Positions 20,400-30,093 of a DNA stretch of 59,382 nt are shown one piece after another (within the stretch, counting starts at the first letter, position 1; each line of letters opens with the position of its first letter). Below the pieces are notes generated by a model. It was not told where the DNA came from and ran no database searches. It saw only the letters and a list, made by a program, of their open reading frames with translations. This stretch comes from an uncultured virus (IMG/VR IMGVR_UViG_3300025889_000077) (taxonomy: Duplodnaviria > Heunggongvirae > Uroviricota > Caudoviricetes). The DNA is taken from the IMG/VR virus record IMGVR_UViG_3300025889_000077; one strand, 5' to 3'. The position numbers and the translations under genes were made by a program.

Positions 20400-20972
20400 A
20401 TGAGGACCTCTTCATTGAGATTTTTCAAAACTTTTTTGTTTTCGGTTGCGATTGTGACCTTGATTCCTAACTATACCTCAATGTATAGCGGGTATAAAGT
20501 GCTAAAAGATTACATGACCAACTTTACCGAGGATGGTCGTGAAAACATTTATTCTAGAATTGGCAAATATTATGTTAGTGCGGAAGACAAGAAACAAATT
20601 GACTGTCTTGCCAAAAACATATACTTTGAAGCGCGTAATCAATCTGAACTAGGTCAAATCGCGGTCGCACATGTCACACTCAACAGAGTAGATCATGACA
20701 AATTTCCCAACAACATCTGTAAAGTGGTCTTTCAACCTTATCAGTTTTCTTGGACAATAGGTAAAGGAAAGCATATGGTTCCAAAAGACAAATACGCTTG
20801 GGAGAAAGCAAAAAGAATCGCAACACTTGTCTATAAATTTCGAGGTGATGATCCTACAGAAGGTTCCACATTCTATCACACTTACGCAATAAATCCGTCT
20901 TGGAATCGAAAAATGGAATTGGCCGTTGTTATAGGAGATCATAAATTTTTCTTTTGGAATGGGATTTGGTGA
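20400..20972 (+). CDS. SleB-like cell wall hydrolase
   Basis: CLAKNIYFEAR, VTLNRV, QFSW, IGDHKF; late TATAAATA at 20368. Confidence 0.92.
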   Translation: MRTSSLRFFKTFLFSVAIVTLIPNYTSMYSGYKVLKDYMTNFTEDGRENIYSRIGKYYVSAEDKKQIDCLAKNIYFEARNQSELGQIAVAHVTLNRVDHDKFPNNICKVVFQPYQFSWTIGKGKHMVPKDKYAWEKAKRIATLVYKFRGDDPTEGSTFYHTYAINPSWNRKMELAVVIGDHKFFFWNGIW

Positions 20973-21244
20973 TTTACATACACGACTTTTTGTGTTATAA
21001 TGATCATAATGAAACAAGGAGAATTGAAAATGGAAGATTATGATTTTGATCAAAGTCAAGTTGTATCTGTAAAAACTTGTAAAGGTTCGCTTGAACAAGG
21101 GTATTCTTTTGAGATTGTCGAATATTTGCGCGAAAATCCAAAAAGAACCATTCATAGTTTTTGGAAAGAGAAACTTGAACCCAGAGTTCGTGGACCATCT
21201 GTTATGGATTTACGAGGTTGCGAGAATAACGCATACATTATGGG

Positions 21245-21601
21245 TTGGTAGTTATGGTAATGCATCTTCTGGGCCCGCATTACACGACAACACAGTATAA
21301 TCGAAAAAGAAAAAAAACAAAAAACAAAAGACTTCTCAAAGCGCAGTCAGACCACGACTCTTGGTTGAAGTCTATGGGTGTTGGTAAATCGCAACCAGAT
21401 GCGGGATTGTCAATTCCGATCTATGGTTACGAAAAAATGACGAGTGATAAAATTCCCGGCAATGGTACTAAAAAAGACAGAATGCAATATACTGGTGAAG
21501 AAATTGTTGGGGTTGCTACTATGCACAAATCAAATCTCGTGCCTATTCGTAAAGACAACAAACAAGCCGCGATTGATGCGGCAAATATGAGAAGGAACTA
21601 A
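21245..21601 (+). CDS. Conserved-type T4-like hypothetical protein
   Basis: YTG...GVATMHKSNLVP C-terminal motif. Confidence 0.7.
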   Translation: MVVMVMHLLGPHYTTTQYNRKRKKTKNKRLLKAQSDHDSWLKSMGVGKSQPDAGLSIPIYGYEKMTSDKIPGNGTKKDRMQYTGEEIVGVATMHKSNLVPIRKDNKQAAIDAANMRRN

Positions 21602-21638
21602 AAAATCACAATTGATCTGAAAAAATTCATTTTACCTC

Positions 21639-21702
21639 TTGACAAATCGGTCATGAGTGCTTATATTAATAGTGTAAGAGAGAGAAAGAGAGAATCACCA
21701 TG
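21639..21702 (+). promoter_or_regulatory. Early promoter/leader cassette copy
   Basis: TTGACA-17-TATATT then GTGTAAGAGAGAGAAAGAGAGAATCACCATG. Confidence 0.85.
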
Positions 21703-21861
21703 CTCTACATCCGACAAATCATGAACTACTTCAATATTGATGAGGCTTTCGCCCGTGAGATTGATGCCATGATTTTTCTTGATCGGTCGGAATGTTCTCA
21801 AGAAGAATGGGTCTGGCATATGGAATACGCAATGAATAAGTTTTTAGACGAGGCAGTATGA
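21700..21861 (+). CDS. Small early hypothetical protein (53 aa)
   Basis: MLYIRQIMNYF...LDEAV*, directly after the cassette leader. Confidence 0.7.
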   Translation: MLYIRQIMNYFNIDEAFAREIDAMIFLDRSECSQEEWVWHMEYAMNKFLDEAV

Positions 21862-22454
21862 ACAAAATGCGGTTTCATAAAGATGATAAAGTGATTCTGA
21901 CCGACTGTGACGGAGTACTACTAAACTGGGAATATTCCTTCCATGTTTGGATGAGTCAAAAAGGATATGATCGAAAGTCTTCAATAGAATATGATCTGAT
22001 CCATCACTATGATGTTGACAAACCCGAAATCAAAAAGTTGATTCGGGAATTCAACGAATCTGCTGCTATTGGTTTCTTGCCTCCGCTACGGGACGCGATG
22101 TATTATGTGGACCTGCTTCATCGGAAGCATGGTTATGTTTTCCACATGATCACTTCACTTTCAAAGGATCCGAATGCTCAAAAACTTAGGATCATGAACA
22201 CCAAGAAAATCTTTGGTGAAACGGCATTTGAGAAGTTTGTCTTTCTTGACACTGGTGAAGACAAAGATGAAGAACTTGCTAAGTACAAGAACAGTGGATA
22301 TATCTGGATTGAGGATAAAATCGAGAATGCTGAAACTGGTTTGAAGTTTGGTCTGAATTCTGTTCTGATGGAGCATGGACATAATATGAATCATGTAAAT
22401 TCTGATATACATATTGTAAAGAACTGGGAACAACTATATCATGAGGCCGCTTGA
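21858..22454 (+). CDS. HAD-family phosphatase (5'(3')-deoxyribonucleotidase-like)
   Basis: DCDGVL motif I; WIEDK..N. Confidence 0.85.
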   Translation: MNKMRFHKDDKVILTDCDGVLLNWEYSFHVWMSQKGYDRKSSIEYDLIHHYDVDKPEIKKLIREFNESAAIGFLPPLRDAMYYVDLLHRKHGYVFHMITSLSKDPNAQKLRIMNTKKIFGETAFEKFVFLDTGEDKDEELAKYKNSGYIWIEDKIENAETGLKFGLNSVLMEHGHNMNHVNSDIHIVKNWEQLYHEAA

Positions 22455-22456
22455 TG
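22405..22456 (+). repeat. Direct repeat, left copy (3' end of HAD gene)
   Basis: 43/52 identical to 25553-25604 by manual alignment. Confidence 0.85.
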
Positions 22457-22473
22457 GAAATGAGGATGCACCC

Positions 22474-24045
22474 ATGACAACGCAAATCAAACAGGTCGAA
22501 GTCTTCCTGTTTGAAAATCCCAGCGCCGAGACGCCGAAGGGCTTTCGCGACTATTTCGGCACCGAGGTGACCGAGCGCACCGAAATGCTGGCCAAGATCG
22601 CCGAAGTCTATCATCGCTACGGCTTTGACCCGCTGGAAAGCTCGGCGGTGGAAACCGTCGAGGCACTGGGCAAATTCCTGCCCGATGTCGACCGCCCGAA
22701 CGAGGGTGTCTTTGCCTGGCAGGAAGAAGCCGAGGGCGAACGGCCCGGCGACTGGCTGGCGCTGAGATACGACCTGACCGCACCTCTGGCCCGTGTCTAC
22801 GCCCAGCACCGGAACGATCTGCCGACACCCTATCGGCGCTTCGCGATGGGGCCGGTCTGGCGGAACGAGAAACCGGGGCCGGGCCGATTCCGCCAGTTCT
22901 ACCAATGCGACGCCGATACCGTGGGCACCGGCAACGTCGCGGCGGATGCCGAGGTCTGCGCCATGCTGGCGGATACGCTTGAAGCCGTCGGCATTCCGCG
23001 TGGCGATTACGTGGTGCGGGTGAATAACCGCAAGGTGCTGAATGGGGTGTTGGAAAGCGTGCGCTCACTTGTGCCTGAGCGAGTAACGGACAATACGGAC
23101 TGGGATGAATTGAAGGTCGGCATCCTGCGAACTATCGATAAATTCGACAAAGTTGGACGCTCAGGCGTAGTGGAACTTCTGACGACGGGTCGGAAGGATA
23201 ACTCTGGTGCATATATCGATGGTGTTGGACTGCCTGAATACTGTGTTGAACCGGTTATGGATTTCCTGACAGCCAAGAGTGAAATTCAGTCGGTGACGTT
23301 TGACCGGCTAAGAAACGCCGTGGGCACATCCACCGTCGGCGCCGAGGGCATCCGCGAACTCGAACAGATCGCCGCCCTCCTCGCCGCGCAGGGCTACGGC
23401 CCCGACCGGATCGTGATCGACCCTTCGGTGGTGCGCGGCCTTGGCTATTACACCGGCCCGGTTTTCGAGGCCGAACTGACCTTCGAGATCGTCGACGAAA
23501 AAGGCAGGAAGCGGTGCTTCGGCTCGGTCGCTGGCGGCGGCCGCTATGACGACCTGGTGAAGCGCTTCACCGGGCAGGAAGTCCCTGCAACCGGCGTTTC
23601 CATCGGTGTCGACCGTCTTCTGGCTGCGCTCCGCGCCAAGGGCCGGATCGGCGGCAGCGTCTCCGGGCCTGTCGTGGTGACAGTGATGGATCGCGACCGG
23701 ATGGCGGATTATCAGGCGATGGTGTCTGAGTTGCGCAGTGCAGGGATCCGGGCCGAGGTCTATCTTGGCAATCCGAAAAACTTCGGCAACCAGTTGAAAT
23801 ATGCGGATAAACGCGAGAGCCCGGTCGCGGTAATCGAAGGTGCTGATGAGAAAGCGCGGGGCGTTGTCCAGATCAAGGATCTGGCGCTTGGCGCACGGCT
23901 GGCGGCCGAGGTCGAGACCAACGAGGAATGGAAGGCGCAGCCGGCGCAGATGGAAATCGCACGAGGCGATCTGGTGACCGAGGTCGCCAAGATGATCGCG
24001 CGGACTAATGTTTATCACGTTAATGAAGAGGTATTAGATATCTAA
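22474..24045 (+). CDS. hisS: Histidine-tRNA ligase, alphaproteobacterial type, GC-rich
   Basis: [50 protein letters not shown]. Confidence 0.97.
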   Translation: MTTQIKQVEVFLFENPSAETPKGFRDYFGTEVTERTEMLAKIAEVYHRYGFDPLESSAVETVEALGKFLPDVDRPNEGVFAWQEEAEGERPGDWLALRYDLTAPLARVYAQHRNDLPTPYRRFAMGPVWRNEKPGPGRFRQFYQCDADTVGTGNVAADAEVCAMLADTLEAVGIPRGDYVVRVNNRKVLNGVLESVRSLVPERVTDNTDWDELKVGILRTIDKFDKVGRSGVVELLTTGRKDNSGAYIDGVGLPEYCVEPVMDFLTAKSEIQSVTFDRLRNAVGTSTVGAEGIRELEQIAALLAAQGYGPDRIVIDPSVVRGLGYYTGPVFEAELTFEIVDEKGRKRCFGSVAGGGRYDDLVKRFTGQEVPATGVSIGVDRLLAALRAKGRIGGSVSGPVVVTVMDRDRMADYQAMVSELRSAGIRAEVYLGNPKNFGNQLKYADKRESPVAVIEGADEKARGVVQIKDLALGARLAAEVETNEEWKAQPAQMEIARGDLVTEVAKMIARTNVYHVNEEVLDI

Positions 24046-24254
24046 TGAATAAATTTTTTAAATGGGCAGAAACCCAACACACGTTATACGCTATTGTGAT
24101 AAATATTACAATTTTTACAAGTTTAATGATTTGGATTGGGGTGTTATCTATATTGTGGTCATTAGGTATGGTTTTTTCTACGTTTGTTGTATTTGTGTTG
24201 CCTATGTTGATTTTTTGGGCTATACTTATCTACAAATATAAACATAGACACTAA
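24045..24254 (+). CDS. AT-rich small membrane protein
   Basis: 69 aa, two TM segments, between two GC-rich genes. Confidence 0.7.
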   Translation: MNKFFKWAETQHTLYAIVINITIFTSLMIWIGVLSILWSLGMVFSTFVVFVLPMLIFWAILIYKYKHRH

Positions 24255-24265
24255 GGAACCATACC

Positions 24266-25516
24266 ATGACCACCCATGTGAAATCCGACTTTCTGCATGA
24301 AATGCAGAACCGCGGTTTCCTTGCGGATTGCACCGATCTGCAGGGCCTCGACGATGCGCTGATCTCGGGCGCGGTTCCGGCCTATATCGGCTTTGACGCG
24401 ACCGCCCAGAGCCTGCATGTCGGAAGCCTCATTCAGATCATGATGTTCCGCTGGCTGCAGAAGACCGGGCACAAGCCCTTGGTCCTGATGGGCGGCGGCA
24501 CCACCAAGGTCGGCGACCCCTCGTTCCGCGCCGACGAGCGGCCGCTTCTGAGTGAAGCCCAGATCAATGAGAATATTGATGCCATCAAGACCGTCTTTTC
24601 GAACTATATCACCTTTGGTGAAGGCGTCTCTGATGCAATGATGGTCAATAACGCCGAATGGCTGGATAGGTTGAATTATCTCGATTTCCTGCGCGATATC
24701 GGCCGGCATTTCTCGGTTAACCGGATGTTGTCGTTTGAATCGGTCAAATCGCGCCTCGACCGTGAACAATCGTTGTCGTTCCTCGAATTCAACTACATGA
24801 TCCTGCAGGCCTATGACTTCATGGAGCTGAACAACCGCTACGGTTGCCTCTTGCAGATGGGTGGCTCGGACCAGTGGGGCAACATCGTGAACGGGATCGA
24901 CCTGACCCGCCGCATCCTTGATCACGAGGTCTTTGGGCTGACTTCGCCTCTGCTGACGACCTCGGACGGTAAGAAGATGGGCAAAAGCCAGGACGGCGCG
25001 GTCTGGCTCAATGCCGAGATGCGCAGTCCCTACGAGTTCTGGCAGTTCTGGCGCAACACCACCGACGCCGATGTCGGGCGGTTCCTGAAGCTATATACCG
25101 AACTGCCGGTCGATGAATGCGACCGGCTGGGCGCCTTGAAGGGGTCCGAGGTCAACGAGGCCAAGATCACGCTGGCGAACCTCGTCACCACGCTTGCCCA
25201 TGGCGCAGAGTCCGCAAGAACAGTCGCCGAGACCGCTCGCGAAGTGTTCGAGAATGGCGGCATTGGCGATGACCTGCCGACCACGATAATCAATGCTGCG
25301 GAAATGGGCGAGGCAATTTCGATTGTTCATCTTATCGTACAGTCAGGTTTGGCGAAATCCGGCAAAGAAGCAAAACGTTTGATCGCTGATGCTGGCGCCC
25401 GAATGAATGATGAAGTCTTGACCGATGCAACTTTGATGGTATCTACCGATGATCTGCGCAACACCGTCAAACTGTCTGTAGGTAAAAAACGCCACGTCCT
25501 GGTTCGTCTGGTTTGA
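24266..25516 (+). CDS. tyrS: Tyrosine-tRNA ligase, alphaproteobacterial type, GC-rich
   Basis: [36 protein letters not shown]-terminal S4 domain. Confidence 0.97.
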   Translation: MTTHVKSDFLHEMQNRGFLADCTDLQGLDDALISGAVPAYIGFDATAQSLHVGSLIQIMMFRWLQKTGHKPLVLMGGGTTKVGDPSFRADERPLLSEAQINENIDAIKTVFSNYITFGEGVSDAMMVNNAEWLDRLNYLDFLRDIGRHFSVNRMLSFESVKSRLDREQSLSFLEFNYMILQAYDFMELNNRYGCLLQMGGSDQWGNIVNGIDLTRRILDHEVFGLTSPLLTTSDGKKMGKSQDGAVWLNAEMRSPYEFWQFWRNTTDADVGRFLKLYTELPVDECDRLGALKGSEVNEAKITLANLVTTLAHGAESARTVAETAREVFENGGIGDDLPTTIINAAEMGEAISIVHLIVQSGLAKSGKEAKRLIADAGARMNDEVLTDATLMVSTDDLRNTVKLSVGKKRHVLVRLV

Positions 25517-25552
25517 TTCAGATGATTGTTGCAGAAACAAGAGATACGTGTT

Positions 25553-25604
25553 ATATACATATAGTGAAGAATTGGGAACAACTATACTACGAGGTTGCAT
25601 GATG
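25553..25604 (+). repeat. Direct repeat, right copy (orphan HAD 3' end)
   Basis: Translates [15 protein letters not shown] versus [15 protein letters not shown]. Confidence 0.85.
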
Positions 25605-25877
25605 ACAATTGACTACAAATTCAATGAAGGTGGGTATATTTCTGAACTACAGGAGTATATCGATTCTACTTATAACAGCCACTACTCAACAAGTAAAATT
25701 CAATCAACGGAGGTGATTATTGATCGTGGTCATGGTACCGGTTTTTGTATGGGTAATGTTGACAAGTATTCTAATCGGTACGGCAACAAAGGAACACGCG
25801 ATGATGCGCGTAAAGATTTGATGAAGATTCTGCATTACGCTGTTATTCAACTCTATATACATGATAATGAACTATGA
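25599..25877 (+). CDS. DUF3310-like phage protein
   Basis: HY...GFCMGN..KY..RYG.KG....DL.K..HY. Confidence 0.7.
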   Translation: MMTIDYKFNEGGYISELQEYIDSTYNSHYSTSKIQSTEVIIDRGHGTGFCMGNVDKYSNRYGNKGTRDDARKDLMKILHYAVIQLYIHDNEL

Positions 25878-26122
25878 TGTTGTCAGAAGAATATAAGAGT
25901 GATACACGATCTGCGCAAATATATTTGTCTGATGAAGTTTTGCATATAAAATTCTATGAAGCGAACAAATTTATCGGTGAAATAGAATATCCAAACAAAA
26001 CTTTTCAATATGTAAAAGATGCTGCATCAAACTGGATTGAAGGAATCATGACAAAAGAGGTAGTGCAAGAGTACAGGTTCGAATATCCAGAAAGACCTGA
26101 ATGCGATTTTACGAGAATATAA
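25874..26122 (+). CDS. Hypothetical protein
   Basis: 82-aa ORF overlapping the preceding stop. Confidence 0.6.
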   Translation: MMLSEEYKSDTRSAQIYLSDEVLHIKFYEANKFIGEIEYPNKTFQYVKDAASNWIEGIMTKEVVQEYRFEYPERPECDFTRI

Positions 26123-26176
26123 GTGATATTTATGTCACATATAACACATAAAAAGGACAAAACCTTTGGGTTTTAG

Positions 26177-26200
26177 GAGGGACTTCGGTCCCTCTTTTTT
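26177..26200 (+). terminator. Rho-independent terminator with UUCG tetraloop
   Basis: GAGGGAC-TTCG-GTCCCTC-TTTTTT. Confidence 0.9.
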
Positions 26201-26290
26201 TACAAAAGTGTTACAAAACTATTGTGTTTTAACCAATAAATAATTGCTCCTCTTGAGGGCAAGGGTAAAACTTGCAAGAAAGGAAAACAA

Positions 26291-27256
26291 ATGGAAATGT
26301 TAACCCTATGGAGCCTCGTGGGGTTCCTTTTAGCTGCGTATGCAGTTATCGCAAACGATTCAGTACAAACGCTCGGTACGTGGATCGCGTCAAATAATGA
26401 GCGTTTCAATTATAAAATACTTTGGGGTGCAGCATCTGCTGTGTTATTGGTTACTCTTTGGTACGGGTGGGCAATGAATGGTGGTGACATATCTTTCGGT
26501 AGATTAAATAAAATTCCGTGGCAAGAAGTACAATGGTATCATGCTGCGGCTCCAGCCGTTCTTGTAGCATTGACAAGAATGGGTGTACCAGTTTCAACCT
26601 CATTCTTAGTTCTATCAGTATTTGCTTCAACTTTTGTGTTGGAGAAAATGCTAATGAAATCTATTATGGGTTATGGTGTTGCGGCGGTTTTTGCTTATGC
26701 TGTTTGGTTTGCTATTAATAAATTTGCGCACAAATGGTTTGATGAAACACAACCAGTGAGTGATAGCAACAAAAAGTTTTGGAGAATTGCGCAATGGATA
26801 GCAACTGCCGGATTATGGTACACATGGCTTTCACATGATATTGCCAACATTGCGGTATTCCTTCCACGTGAAGTACCAATTGATTTAATGATATTCATTT
26901 CAATAGTATTTGTTGGTGGCTTGTTCTTTATGTTTAGAGAAAAAGGTGGGAAAATTCAACAAATTATTTTGGAAAAACACAATACAAGATATGTTCGTTC
27001 TGCTACGTTGATTGACTTCTTTTATTGGATGTGTTTGTACTTCTTTAAAGAACTAAATGATATTCCTATGAGTACTACATGGGTATTTGTTGGTTTGTTA
27101 GCAGGTCGTGAACTTGCGATGGCAACATACTTTGGTAAGAAGAAAACAAAATCAGTATTCCCATTGGTTGCTAAGGATTTTGGTAAAATGATGGTAGGAT
27201 TAGGCGCATCAGTTGCTCTTGTACTAATGGTACATTACATTATCAATCCAGTGTGA
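26291..27256 (+). CDS. Multi-pass membrane protein, putative PiT/PHO4-related phosphate transporter
   Basis: About 9-10 TM segments; duplicated ANDSVQ/HDIAN and PVSTS/PMSTT motifs as in PiT-family halves. Confidence 0.65.
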   Translation: MEMLTLWSLVGFLLAAYAVIANDSVQTLGTWIASNNERFNYKILWGAASAVLLVTLWYGWAMNGGDISFGRLNKIPWQEVQWYHAAAPAVLVALTRMGVPVSTSFLVLSVFASTFVLEKMLMKSIMGYGVAAVFAYAVWFAINKFAHKWFDETQPVSDSNKKFWRIAQWIATAGLWYTWLSHDIANIAVFLPREVPIDLMIFISIVFVGGLFFMFREKGGKIQQIILEKHNTRYVRSATLIDFFYWMCLYFFKELNDIPMSTTWVFVGLLAGRELAMATYFGKKKTKSVFPLVAKDFGKMMVGLGASVALVLMVHYIINPV

Positions 27257-27326
27257 CATTTTTGTCGAGTAAAAAAATTTTACAAAAGGGGTTGACATTC
27301 AGCTCCTTTTGTTGTATATATAGTCT

Positions 27327-27650
27327 GTAAACGTTGAAGCAACGTGGACACATTCTGGACCTGGGGGCGGCACCCAGCGACTCCACCATGGATACACTAT
27401 TAACAAAACAGCCGTGGCTGGCTCGCTAGACTACCCCGGGTTCTTAGTTCGTTAGGGAAAAAAGCTATAGTGTATCTTTGATGGGGTCGAAATAGGATCG
27501 ACAGGTGTGAAGATGAAGTGGAGTTTACCGTGTTGACCTACGACATTCGGTCAAATAAACTAAAGGCAAACGATAATTTTGCTCCTCGTGCTTACGCCCT
27601 TGCGGCCTAAGTTGCTTGGGTCTGATATCACCTAGAAACAGAATGATATT
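27327..27650 (+). ncRNA. ssrA: Two-piece (circularly permuted) tmRNA
   Basis: 3' tRNA half ending CTCCACCA at 27388; GGGGTCGAAATAGGATCGAC at 27483; tag ANDNFAPRAYALAA* at 27566-27610; promoter TTGACA 27292 / TATATA 27315. Ends approximate. Confidence 0.93.
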
Positions 27651-27741
27651 CGTGACCAACGAAAGAAGTCTAGCAGTATGGGTTCCCCTGCGATGAAAAA
27701 ACGGGCCCACTATTTTTATCTACAATTTAAGGAAAATATAC

Positions 27742-28083
27742 ATGAAAAAAATCGCTTTCGTTTCTGCTGTAATGGCTCTTTTTGCAACTTCCGCTTCTGC
27801 TGATATGTTCGGCCGAAACACTAACGTGTTCTCTGCAACGGCAATCTATAACCATAACCTCACGACTTCTGCAAACACTTTTACACCTACAGTAGGTGTC
27901 GCGCAAAATTTTGGCAGCATCAAACTTTATGGTAACACAAGTTACGAAATGGTGGGTAGCACTTGGTCGGGTGTTAATGTCGGTGTCTCAAAGGATCTTA
28001 ATGGAAACGTTTTTGTTGATGGTTGGGTAAACTGGAATTCAGGTACAACTACTGCAAACGTTGAAGTTGGTATCGGTTTCTAA
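27742..28083 (+). CDS. Secreted beta-strand-rich protein, outer-membrane-like
   Basis: Signal peptide (ASA|D), amphipathic strands, C-terminal Phe. Confidence 0.65.
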   Translation: MKKIAFVSAVMALFATSASADMFGRNTNVFSATAIYNHNLTTSANTFTPTVGVAQNFGSIKLYGNTSYEMVGSTWSGVNVGVSKDLNGNVFVDGWVNWNSGTTTANVEVGIGF

Positions 28084-28170
28084 TAGATCATGAAATTTTT
28101 GGAAAGATTTTTTAAAATTAAAATGGGCAATTCCAATTCCCCAAAATATCTTTCGGGCAAAAAATAACGA

Positions 28171-28197
28171 AAAAGAGGGGATTGTCCCCTCTTTTTT
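28171..28197 (+). terminator. Rho-independent terminator
   Basis: AAAAGAGGGGA-TTG-TCCCCTCTTTTTT. Confidence 0.85.
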
Positions 28198-28252
28198 ATT
28201 GACATTCCCATTATCTTGATATATAATAATATCAAACTTGGAGAAATATACT

Positions 28253-29095
28253 ATGCTAATAATTGACTATAACGGTATCGCGATTGGCAATATCGTATCA
28301 CAAAAACTGAACATTGATGAAAATCTTATTCGTCATATGATTCTAAACACAATCCGAATGTATCGTCAAAAATTCAAGAAATATGCCGAAGATACCATTA
28401 TCGTATCTGATGGTGGAGGTAACTGGCGAAAAGAACTATATCCCGAATATAAAGCAAATCGCAAGAAATCTCGCGATGAATCTTCTATGGATTGGAATGA
28501 AGTGTTTCGTATTACCAATCTTGTTTTTGATGAAATCAAAGAGAATATGCCCTACAAAGTTCTCAAAATTTGGGGATGCGAAGCAGATGATACGATTGCG
28601 CAGATTGTGTATGATACGCAAGAATTTGGTAATCACACTGATGTGATGATCATATCCGCCGACAAAGACTTCATTCAACTACACACTCTTGGTAATGTAT
28701 CGCAATTTTCACCTGTCACAAAGAAACTTGTAAAGAATGAATCTCCGGCAGATTATTTCAAGTTCCACATCTTGAATGGTGATAATGGTGATGGTGTGCC
28801 GAATGTATTGAGTGACGACAAAGTTCTGGTTGAAGGTCGTCGTCAAAACACACTATCAGCAAAAAGGAAAGAATCGCTCCTTGTAGACCCTAAGTCTATG
28901 GGGGAAGAAGTGTATCGTAACTATCTACGAAACAAAAAGATGATTGACCTTTCAGAATGTCCTTCAGATATTATAGATAAGATTATGAAGGAATACAAAT
29001 CGCAAGATCCTTGGGACAAAAAGGGTAAAGTGTTTCCGTATTTAGTCAGTAAGAAATGTATAAACCTGCTAGAGAAAGTACTGGAGTTTCTATAA
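28253..29095 (+). CDS. rnh: T4-type RNase H (5'-3' exonuclease)
   Basis: NWRK..YP.YKANR, EADD, SADKDFIQL, GD..DGVPN. Confidence 0.95.
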   Translation: MLIIDYNGIAIGNIVSQKLNIDENLIRHMILNTIRMYRQKFKKYAEDTIIVSDGGGNWRKELYPEYKANRKKSRDESSMDWNEVFRITNLVFDEIKENMPYKVLKIWGCEADDTIAQIVYDTQEFGNHTDVMIISADKDFIQLHTLGNVSQFSPVTKKLVKNESPADYFKFHILNGDNGDGVPNVLSDDKVLVEGRRQNTLSAKRKESLLVDPKSMGEEVYRNYLRNKKMIDLSECPSDIIDKIMKEYKSQDPWDKKGKVFPYLVSKKCINLLEKVLEFL

Positions 29096-29517
29096 TGATA
29101 TTAGATATTTTTGAGATTATTGAAAAAGTTGAAAAGACGAATTCCAAAAACGAGAAAGTGCAGATTCTTAGACAAAACGAATCTTGGGCATTGAAAGATG
29201 TTCTCAAAGGCACTTATGATGAAAAGATTGAATGGTTGATTCCGGAAGGCGACCCTCCCTATAAAGAAGCGGCAGAAGAAAGTCATCCATCATCTATTCA
29301 TAAGATTCATAGGAACTTCAGATATCTTGTGAAAGGTGGTCCTGGTACGAATATGCCACAATTCAAGAGAGAGCGAATGTTCATTTCTTGGCTTGAAGGT
29401 GTACATCCAGAAGATGCTAAGATTCTTTTGAAAATGAAAGACAAGAAACAGTTGGCAAAAGGTTTGACCATTAACCTTGTTGAAGAAGCATTTCCCGGTT
29501 TGTTAGGAATGCGATGA
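29095..29517 (+). CDS. Conserved T4-like hypothetical protein
   Basis: PEGDPPY, KRE.MFI..LEG.HP.DA, VEEAFPGL. Confidence 0.75.
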   Translation: MILDIFEIIEKVEKTNSKNEKVQILRQNESWALKDVLKGTYDEKIEWLIPEGDPPYKEAAEESHPSSIHKIHRNFRYLVKGGPGTNMPQFKRERMFISWLEGVHPEDAKILLKMKDKKQLAKGLTINLVEEAFPGLLGMR

Positions 29518-29621
29518 TACTACACTTTAAAATGATTTTGTACTAAGAGAGGATTTTAGACATTCTTATTAATTTAATTTAGATAAATAGCATGGTAGGT
29601 ACTATCAGAAGGAAAGTAACC

Positions 29622-30092
29622 ATGTCAGAAGATGGCAAAACAACGAGGGTTAACGAAAATACCGAGTTAGCCCTGCCTCTTCGTAATCTTATTAGCATGA
29701 TAGTTGCAGTAGCAATAGGAACGTGGGCATACTTTGGCATTATTGAAAGATTAAATCAAATTGAAACTAACATAACCATGATGTCGGCTGACTTAGATCA
29801 GAATTCGGAGTTTAGAATAAAATGGCCTAGAGGCGAGATGGGATCACTACCCGCCGACTCCGAACAATTTATGTTGATTGAACACTTGGCAGGAGAACTA
29901 GAAAAACTCTCAAATGAAATAGAAACTGGTCAAGCACCTTATGATCAGCAACAAAAGTTGACACTTGAATTCTATGCAGAACGTATTCGTGCATTAGAAA
30001 CAGAAGTAAAGGAAATTATGGATTTAATTCATGAAACCCGAGGTATGGCAAAAAACAACGGGACAGGAAATAATCCAACAGGAGGAAACTAA
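29622..30092 (+). CDS. Membrane-anchored coiled-coil protein
   Basis: N-terminal TM segment then heptad-like acidic region. Confidence 0.65.
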   Translation: MSEDGKTTRVNENTELALPLRNLISMIVAVAIGTWAYFGIIERLNQIETNITMMSADLDQNSEFRIKWPRGEMGSLPADSEQFMLIEHLAGELEKLSNEIETGQAPYDQQQKLTLEFYAERIRALETEVKEIMDLIHETRGMAKNNGTGNNPTGGN

Positions 30093-30093
30093 A

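Noticed and set aside
22279..25330. Long minus-strand ORFs over hisS and tyrS
   Set aside because: Shadow ORFs expected from GC-rich coding sequence.
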